A DNA stretch of 64,000 nucleotides, from the NCBI GenBank assembly GCA_963664815.2, contig CAXXHB010000003.1, forward strand, positions 3,520,001 through 3,584,000, read 5' to 3'. Made by a program: the position numbers and the translations under genes. The notes beneath the pieces were generated by a model that was not told where the DNA came from, ran no database searches, and worked only from the letters and a program-made list of their open reading frames with translations. This DNA is from Spirochaetota bacterium. Lineage in GTDB: Bacteria > Spirochaetota > UBA4802 > UBA5550. The stretch's first letter is position 1, and every line of letters starts with the position of its first letter. This document shows, piece by piece, positions 57,059 through 64,000 of the stretch.

Positions 57059-57631
57059 TCAGAATTTTTTATCTTCGCAGCGCATTTCCAGATAAAGTCT
57101 GCCTGACCCGCTTTTTGGCCTGGTTATCATTGAGATAAAAAGAACGAAATCCATATAAATTACAGCGATTATGGAAAGATATGATTCCAGCAGATAAATC
57201 CTGTAGAAAGTACTGATGAGTGTATCAGCAAGTTTTAAAACTATACTATCTATAAATCTGTAATTTTTCGCGCACTCATAGTAAACCGTACCACATGTAT
57301 TCAACGCTGTTTTATCTCCAAGGAAAGATCTCCAGAGGGCTCTTCCACCTTTACCGCTCTTAATATCCAGCTGAAGCTGCTTTGTTGCAGCCCACAGAAG
57401 GGCCTGCGACAGTTCCCTGTTCTTTTCATTCATGGAGGTATCTTTACAGATTGAGGAGAGATGATATTTATGGTAATCAATGGAACGCTGAAGTATCTTT
57501 CTCCATCGCCCAAGCCGCAGTTTTCGGTACGCCAGAAGCAGTATAATTAAAAGAGCATAAACTCCCCACTCCCTGATGTGAGGATTATTTACCAGATGAC
57601 AGAGCGCCTCTTTCAGAAAATCGATCTTCAC
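57059..57631 (-). CDS. hypothetical membrane protein
   Basis: ORF with 4-nt overlap to the upstream gene; two hydrophobic segments. Confidence 0.6.
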   Translation of the reverse strand: MKIDFLKEALCHLVNNPHIREWGVYALLIILLLAYRKLRLGRWRKILQRSIDYHKYHLSSICKDTSMNEKNRELSQALLWAATKQLQLDIKSGKGGRALWRSFLGDKTALNTCGTVYYECAKNYRFIDSIVLKLADTLISTFYRIYLLESYLSIIAVIYMDFVLFISMITRPKSGSGRLYLEMRCEDKKF

Positions 57632-58332
57632 CTTTCTGCCTTCATTTTTAAAAGAACCTTCTGCAGCTCATCTATCGCTTTTCTTACATTTTCATCGGTA
57701 CCGAACATCTTTACCTTGATAAAAGCATCCCGAAGCCTTGATTCAAGAACATCCAGCTTTGCTGCCTCACTCTTCAGTTCTTCCGGCGGTGCAAGATTAA
57801 ATTTTTCCAGTTCAGGATACTTTCCGTTTATTCTTTTAATTTCAGGGATAAAGATATTCAGAGAAGAGGAGAATTTATTCACTGCTGCTGCAATAACAGG
57901 CGGATCCTCCGTTGATTCAATTTTAAGAATAAAGTCTTCGTAGAGTTTTATCAGTTCAGAGAGTATTTTCTTTGCATCACTGTATTTTATACCGCTGTTG
58001 AGAGTGTCAGAGTAGTAAACGTCCTCCCCATGTTTCAGTAAAATGGTTCCATTTTTACTGTTTACTGTACATCTGAGGAATTTCCCATCGGCATCATCAA
58101 TTTTCAGATTAATCTGTTCGTTTCCCCTTACAACAAAAAGAAGAGCCCCTTTAGTCAGCAGGTATTTTTTCTCAGGGGAGTTTATCACAACAATTCCGTC
58201 TCTACCCGTTTCCCCGGTAAACTCAAGCTTCCCTATGACATACCCGTCAGAAGCATGTTCCGCTCCATAGGCAATCAGGGAGATGAGAATTGCCGGAAAA
58301 AGCAACACCTTTATCAGATTATTTATCTTCAC
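57628..58332 (-). CDS. hypothetical exported protein
   Basis: GTG start with GGAG; signal peptide. Confidence 0.7.
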   Translation of the reverse strand: MKINNLIKVLLFPAILISLIAYGAEHASDGYVIGKLEFTGETGRDGIVVINSPEKKYLLTKGALLFVVRGNEQINLKIDDADGKFLRCTVNSKNGTILLKHGEDVYYSDTLNSGIKYSDAKKILSELIKLYEDFILKIESTEDPPVIAAAVNKFSSSLNIFIPEIKRINGKYPELEKFNLAPPEELKSEAAKLDVLESRLRDAFIKVKMFGTDENVRKAIDELQKVLLKMKAER

Positions 58333-58574
58333 GGGAACTCCATGTTAAATATCAGAGTATTTCCAGTCCGGCGTTTACCGCACTCAGGAGATCCTTATGG
58401 TATGGTTCCTAATCCCACCTTATCTCCCGAAAAAAATAAAGAAATAAAACAGATCTGTTAATTATAAACACTCCTTTCATCCGGTCAATTAAATATTTTC
58501 AGCAGCAGAAAGCTGAATAAATTATCAGTGTTCAACAGATGAAAGAAATCAGATATGATTAATCTCACTGAATA

Positions 58575-59915
58575 TTACCTGATTCTTCTACCCTGTGTGT
58601 AGGCTTTCTCATACCATCCGAAGTTGACTCCGAATCTTATATCTTTATCATCACGGTCGTAGCCGTTAAAACCCCACTCCAGCCTTATACGTTCAAGCAC
58701 CGGTACTATAAGGTGAATACCGAAAAAGACCGAACTGAGGCTTTTACCCTCCCTGAACCGGTCGCCGGGAAACCAGTAGAAAGCATAATCCGTTCCCGCA
58801 ACACCCTGCAGACCGTAATATGCATTCAACCCGAAAAGAGACAACTGCCTGTTGGCAAAGAACTCATACCGGTACTCGAGAGTACCGAGAATTTCATGCT
58901 GGTCACATATTGATGGATCGGGGGAAAATGACCTCAGGCTGTTTATTCCCCCTATATGATAGAGTTCATATCCGGTAATTGTTCCCGGTCTGTAACGGCC
59001 GAGAATATTGGCATGAAAGATGTTACTGTTTCCGGCCGGGATATATCCCCTGAAATCGTATTTATATTCCATGAAATCGGCATCTCCGCCCAGCATTCCG
59101 CCATGAACGGATATATCCACTTCGTTATAGAAACCTCTATGCGGATTCATCAGCCTCTCCCTTGTGTCTACAGCAATACCGGCGCCGAGAGAAGGGATAT
59201 AATCCCAGTTACCATCTCCGCGAAACATCAGTAATTCCCTGTCATTCCCGGCAAAATACGGAGAACTTTCATCATGCCTGACGAAAAGGAGCGATCCGTT
59301 TGTAAGAAGGCTCAGGTTATCGCTGCATCTCCATTTAAGGTTAAGGGTCGAGTAATAAGAATTCTCGTTAAAAAGTTTCAGTGCATTCCATGAATCCATG
59401 TATTCAATTTCAGACTCAACTGATACCGGTATTGAAAACACCTCGGGAATATAAAGATAATATAAAAACTCTTTCGCCCTTAACGGATCCGGCAATACGG
59501 TTTCTCTTGACAGGAATTCCTGATGGATGGCAAGGCCGAATGTATTTATTACTGTAAAGCCGGGCCCGATCATAAGCCCATCCTGGTCTGTCCGCTTCAT
59601 GGCAGGGAAAAACAGAAAATATGGGAGCTCTTTGAAATTGTATTGAAGTATCTCCCCATCGGATTCCGCAGTAATATTATAGTTTATATCTGCAAATATA
59701 TCGTAATTCATAAGAATTACTCTCTCTTCGTCCCATAACTGAAGACTGAAATCGCTCCCCTCCCTGTTCTTCAGTCTTGAACGGATAAAATCCTGGTCGG
59801 TATTGTTGAGGCCGGTGAATGTTATTTTTTTTATAAGCGGATATGACTCAATATACCCCGCGAAAAGAATGAGGAGCATAAAAACTATACATTTTTTTTT
59901 CTGAAAATTCATCAA
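58575..59915 (-). CDS. Omp85/BamA-TamA-family outer membrane protein with one POTRA
   Basis: I.F.GL..T...FI..L POTRA; DTR...NP.RG, GG.NSLR.F, LEYRY. Confidence 0.8.
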   Translation of the reverse strand: MMNFQKKKCIVFMLLILFAGYIESYPLIKKITFTGLNNTDQDFIRSRLKNREGSDFSLQLWDEERVILMNYDIFADINYNITAESDGEILQYNFKELPYFLFFPAMKRTDQDGLMIGPGFTVINTFGLAIHQEFLSRETVLPDPLRAKEFLYYLYIPEVFSIPVSVESEIEYMDSWNALKLFNENSYYSTLNLKWRCSDNLSLLTNGSLLFVRHDESSPYFAGNDRELLMFRGDGNWDYIPSLGAGIAVDTRERLMNPHRGFYNEVDISVHGGMLGGDADFMEYKYDFRGYIPAGNSNIFHANILGRYRPGTITGYELYHIGGINSLRSFSPDPSICDQHEILGTLEYRYEFFANRQLSLFGLNAYYGLQGVAGTDYAFYWFPGDRFREGKSLSSVFFGIHLIVPVLERIRLEWGFNGYDRDDKDIRFGVNFGWYEKAYTQGRRIR

Positions 59916-60119
59916 ACGGTTTTCACACCTCAGGCATTCCGGATTGCGAAACCGTCATCACCGAAGTATAACATTCTCCTTTTTTTAAAATGCAGCCGGG
60001 AAGTACCGTTTATATTTTAATAAAAATTTACGCAAACATAAAAGACTTTACCAGCCGGTTTTTTACATTGAGAATGGCACAAAGCGGATAAAGGGATTAT
60101 TTCCGGTTTTTATTACTAT

Positions 60120-60146
60120 ACCGCCGATAAAGACCGGCGGTTTTTT
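60120..60146. terminator. GC hairpin with T-tract (intrinsic terminator-like)
   Basis: ACCGCCG-N8-CGGCGGT-TTTTT just past the 3' end of the 60160-61911 gene. Confidence 0.55.
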
Positions 60147-60159
60147 AAAGGCAGTTACA

Positions 60160-61911
60160 CTATTTCTGCGGGATTTCTAAAATATACCGTGTACCGTTGC
60201 TGCTTTCACATCTTATATTCCCCTCCAGTTGTTCAGTAAGCATGTTAACCAGCTGAATTCCGAATCCTTCAGATTTTTTTATATCAAAGTCTCCGGATAG
60301 TCCACATCCATCATCGCTGATTTCAGCAATTAGCCGTTTATCTTTAATATACGCTTTAAGCTCAATTACCCCTTTTTCCTTTTGTTGAAAAGCATATTTC
60401 ATTATATTTGTAAGAAGTTCATTTATAAGAATTCCAAGAGGAAACAGTTTATCCGGTCCGAATGTAACATCAGCAATATCTTTTCTCAAGGTAACCTGTT
60501 TATTATTCGGGAAGAGTGCTATTATATCATCCGCCAGAACCGACAGATATTCTTTTATAGATAATTCCTTTATATTGGTTTTAAGATATAGTTTATCATA
60601 CAAAACCATCATACTTTGCACCCGTGATTCGGCAACCTGCAATGCCATCACTGCAACAGGGTCCTGCACTGCGCTTTGCTGCAGCATTAAAAAATTCTGT
60701 ATTGTATACATGTTGTTTTTGATTCTGTGATGTACCTCTCTTAAAATCAGCTCATTCTCCTTGAGCAACAAATTAACCTTCTCTTCAGCCAGTTTTCGTT
60801 CTGTAACATCATGGATTATTGAAAAAAGAATGGATTTTCCTTTTAATATAACCGGCGATACATATACTTCAACTGTCCGGATTTCACCATTTAAAAGTTT
60901 GTGAGGGAAGGTATAATAATTACGCTCTTCAGTTTTAGCACGTTTCATTTCTGTTTTTATTTCATCCAGTGGAAGCATATTTATGTCAGCAATTGACATA
61001 TTACGCAGAACTTTTAAATCATATCCATAAAACTTTGAAGCCGCTTCGTTGGCATTTATTATTTTGCCTCTCTCCGGTTCTATCAGCATCATCACAGCCA
61101 TATGCTGTTTAAATATCTGCCTGAATATTTCTTTATTTTCGTTTATAGTATCCTGCATTTTTTTCCATTCAGTAATATCCTCAATTATAACAAGTACACC
61201 TGTTAAATCATTGCCTGAATTTTTAACAGGTGTAAAATGTATTCTGACTGGTCTAGTATTTTCAGCTGTAACCGAATGATATGTGTCTTCGTAAAAACTG
61301 ATTTCTCCTGCCAGCGCTTTTTTTATTGCCGTTACCAGTTTAACATCTGTCAATTCAAGTGTATTAAAACCTGTCATCATAGACTGTGAAGTCCCTAACA
61401 TTTTCAGAAACATATCATTATATTCACGAAGTATTCCGCCAGCATCCAGCTGTGCTATACCATAAGGCGACTGCGTTATCAATGCATTATATCTTTCTTC
61501 ATATTTATTAAGCAGGTTTCGCTGTGTATTAACTGTTTCATATGTTTTATAAAATCTGAAAGCTGTATCAACAGATAATTGAAGGAGATGAATTCCCGAG
61601 CTTTTTAGTACATACCCGTAGTGCGGAATATTCCGCACTTTATCAACATACTTCTTTTCATTATGTAATGTATAAAAAATGACAGGGATTTCGTAATCTT
61701 TCAATATATGGCGTGCAATATCAATTCCATTAAAGCCTTCACCAGATTCAATCTCCATAATAATAAGATCTATACTGTTATCAGAGATAATCTTAAGCGC
61801 TTCATCTCCGGATTGAACTGTTATAACTTCATAATCAATACTGCTGATTGCCTCAGCTGTATTCAACAGAGTCTCCGGGTCAGCATCTATTAAAAGAATT
61901 TTTTTATTCAA
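60160..61911 (-). CDS. REC-PAS-PAS-histidine kinase (HisKA_2) with atypical receiver
   Basis: DLIIMEI (Glu at the phospho-Asp position), two PAS domains, EVHHRIKNN, DDG.G. Confidence 0.9.
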   Translation of the reverse strand: MNKKILLIDADPETLLNTAEAISSIDYEVITVQSGDEALKIISDNSIDLIIMEIESGEGFNGIDIARHILKDYEIPVIFYTLHNEKKYVDKVRNIPHYGYVLKSSGIHLLQLSVDTAFRFYKTYETVNTQRNLLNKYEERYNALITQSPYGIAQLDAGGILREYNDMFLKMLGTSQSMMTGFNTLELTDVKLVTAIKKALAGEISFYEDTYHSVTAENTRPVRIHFTPVKNSGNDLTGVLVIIEDITEWKKMQDTINENKEIFRQIFKQHMAVMMLIEPERGKIINANEAASKFYGYDLKVLRNMSIADINMLPLDEIKTEMKRAKTEERNYYTFPHKLLNGEIRTVEVYVSPVILKGKSILFSIIHDVTERKLAEEKVNLLLKENELILREVHHRIKNNMYTIQNFLMLQQSAVQDPVAVMALQVAESRVQSMMVLYDKLYLKTNIKELSIKEYLSVLADDIIALFPNNKQVTLRKDIADVTFGPDKLFPLGILINELLTNIMKYAFQQKEKGVIELKAYIKDKRLIAEISDDGCGLSGDFDIKKSEGFGIQLVNMLTEQLEGNIRCESSNGTRYILEIPQK

Positions 61912-62207
61912 ATTTAAATTATCCGGTTTTTCTTTTTAAATTTAAAATAATATATTAAGCTTTATTATTCGAATTTTTTTCTTTTCTCATTCGGCTATTC
62001 ATTTATACGTTTTAATTTTTTTTAGTGCATTTATTTAAATTTTTAGTTGCTTTTTTAGAGTATTATTACACATAATTTAATTATATAAACGCAATTGATT
62101 ATTTCAATGTGTCCAAAAAGCGGGTTTATTTTTGAAATTGTTAACATCAACCGGGAAAATTTAAGTACAAAGGTTAAGTGATCTGTTTATAATATTTTAT
62201 AATATTA

Positions 62208-62711
62208 TTGAGGGTAAATGTGATGGGATTTATTGACAGGATATCAAAAAATAACGCAAAAGAAAGAATGATTGGTGAAAAGTTAGAATCATATAATTTC
62301 TCTGATAAAGTAAAAGGTAAACCTCTTAATATTGTTTCAGCTAATTTCACAGTTTCACTTGAAAATAAGATTATGGCTTGTGCCGGTATACCTGAATATA
62401 TACAACGGGCTAAACTCGTTGAAGAAAAGATAACAAAGATTAAAGCAGATCTGAAAATAAGGTATGATAAACTGGAAAAGAAATTGGGAAATAATCATGC
62501 CAGGTTTAACAAATCCTGGGAAAGTATATTAAAATCATATAATTTTCAGGAGGTCAATGAATTGATAGAAAAACACAATATGTTTTATCCTCTGGAAGCT
62601 AACCTGAGAATGGATTTTGACAGTAGTGAGTATTTATTAGGTTCAAATATCTGGGAAAAAACTCCCTTATTAAGCGCATCATTAATCCTGGAAGAATTAC
62701 CTTTCTTATAG
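62208..62711 (+). CDS. hypothetical protein
   Basis: 167-aa ORF; G.P.Y..R, VNELI.KHN..YP.EANL. Confidence 0.75.
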   Translation: MRVNVMGFIDRISKNNAKERMIGEKLESYNFSDKVKGKPLNIVSANFTVSLENKIMACAGIPEYIQRAKLVEEKITKIKADLKIRYDKLEKKLGNNHARFNKSWESILKSYNFQEVNELIEKHNMFYPLEANLRMDFDSSEYLLGSNIWEKTPLLSASLILEELPFL

Positions 62712-62935
62712 TTATATAAGAAATACGGATTTATACAACCAACCGCTGTCATCTGTTTTAATCCCTGTTTTTCTATACTATCTTTATCGATATTTAATGA
62801 TATTTGCGGCACAGGAAACCTCTTATATAAAAGATATAAAACAGAATACTGACAAAGAAGATGAAAGGTTACTAAGACCAGCGTTAATTTGATGATCTTA
62901 TCTTAAATCGTTTAATTTTGCGACCTACTCCTTTG

Positions 62936-63451
62936 TTATGCGATGTGTGTTTCTTCAATTTTTAACAACATTTTTTTATAAAAAAAATATAAGATTGGTA
63001 ATAAAGAAAATATTAGCCAATGACCTGAAAACATTCGTAATTCTATTAAACTTAATTTATTATATGTTAATTCTGTAATTACTTTAATCTTTCCATGGTT
63101 ATTTTGTATAAACGTTCCTTTTAAAATGCCAGGTGAACCATCTTGTAATAAACTAGAACATATCATAAAGTTTGAAGAAACATATATTATAAATATTAAA
63201 AAAATCATTAACATAATAAGACATTTATTAGGAAAGTATTTGAATAAATCAAATATTTCGACTTTATTTTCATTCTTGAGTTGGTGCTTATTAATATTAA
63301 CTATCATGGTGACAAAACTTAAAAGTATGAAGACGTTCAAAATATAGGAACAACTTAAAATTAGAGAGTACTTTGCAAGTATATATGTTGAAAAATGAAT
63401 TATCGAAGACAAAACAAAAATTATTATAGAATATAAGAAAAAAAATTTCAT
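62936..63451 (-). CDS. very AT-rich hypothetical membrane protein
   Basis: Four hydrophobic segments; R.FSGHW..FS. Confidence 0.7.
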   Translation of the reverse strand: MKFFFLYSIIIFVLSSIIHFSTYILAKYSLILSCSYILNVFILLSFVTMIVNINKHQLKNENKVEIFDLFKYFPNKCLIMLMIFLIFIIYVSSNFMICSSLLQDGSPGILKGTFIQNNHGKIKVITELTYNKLSLIELRMFSGHWLIFSLLPILYFFYKKMLLKIEETHIA

Positions 63452-63505
63452 AATTATTTCTTTGCTCTTTTACTTTCAATTTATGATTCTAGAATACTTA
63501 TAGCG

Positions 63506-63608
63506 ATCTGGCAGGTCAGGGAGTTTGCACCCCCTTTTCCCCCTCAGAACCGTACGTGAAAGTTTTACCACAGGCACTTCCTCCGTTCGCCCTTTACACG
63601 GCTCAAGC
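63506..63608 (-). mobile_element. group II intron 3'-end remnant (domains V-VI)
   Basis: GAGCCGTGT...CACGTACGGTTC (D5, with insertion), GAGGGGG...GACCTGCCAGAT (D6, AY end); no RT ORF in window. Confidence 0.75.
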
Positions 63609-64000
63609 CGTCTAAAGCTGATTATACAACCAGCCGCTGTTATATGTTTGTATTCCCGTTTTTCTATATCTGAAATAATCATAATCTTCTTTTAAAAATG
63701 GGCTCCTGTCAAGATATATCATCCTATGCCGTATAATTTTACTGTGACAGTGTCCCGCAGTAATAAGAATCTCCTCATCAGTACAGAAAGTTTAAGTACC
63801 TGTTACCTATGCGTTTTAAAAGTACCGGTTTTTATGCCATGAGGAATTTTTTTCATAGGGTGTCTGCTCCATAGTGCCCTAAAAAGAACAGTGCCGAGTT
63901 TTTAAAGGCTTCCGCTGAAACCATTCCCGGGTGTAAGAGACCGGCATTGAAAACTCTTCATTATCTGAATATCAGTAAATCAATTAAATATACCTGTATT

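Larger units (their letters stand above)
62731..63668 (+). repeat. 47-bp imperfect direct repeat (62731-62777 and 63622-63668, 40/47 identical)
   Basis: Manual alignment. Confidence 0.8.

Noticed and set aside
62585-62812. 75-aa ORF beginning like a ribbon-helix-helix antitoxin (MPQISLNIDK)
   Set aside because: Similarity ends at the direct repeat, the rest overlaps the convergent gene, and no toxin is adjacent; at most a fragment.
520-63479. Numerous 60-170 aa ORFs antisense to or nested in confident genes
   Set aside because: Shadow ORFs without RBS or motifs; no tRNA, rRNA or CRISPR array was recognised in the window.
62731-63668. Diversity-generating retroelement TR/VR pair
   Set aside because: The seven mismatches are not adenine-specific on either strand and no reverse transcriptase is present.
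63476-63682. 68-aa ORF
   Set aside because: Translation of the repeat plus group II intron D5-D6 RNA structure.

Overview
AT-rich bacterial chromosomal window from an anaerobe, probably Spirochaetota-like (inferred from gene content only). From left to right it carries: small membrane and lipoprotein genes and motAB; a ~21 kb minus-strand 'Orange-protein (ORP)'-type Fe-S/redox cluster; a MarR-led operon; a peptide/nickel-type ABC transporter; a decayed IS110; a 40%-histidine protein; a sensory [FeFe]-hydrogenase-histidine kinase fusion; metabolic genes; several two-component genes; an Omp85 protein; and a group II intron remnant. The ORP cluster has NifX-like proteins, Mrp, two ferredoxin-MinD ATPases, two radical SAM enzymes, CoA-disulfide reductase-rhodanese, a Fur-family regulator and an OrpR-like sigma54 activator; its two sigma54 promoters and paired enhancer sites can be read from the DNA. 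The best candidate for a new system is the MarR-led operon: MarR, ArsM-like methyltransferase, an un-annotated 31-aa Cys-Cys peptide, radical SAM/SPASM enzyme, thioredoxin-thioredoxin reductase fusion and a 53-aa Cys-Cys protein, i.e. a probable RiPP-type pathway with possible arsenic/thiol chemistry. Second, the IS110 remnant retains a readable bridge RNA whose guides match its own ends (AT core) and its REP-like insertion site. All family assignments are by eye from motifs; no searches were run.
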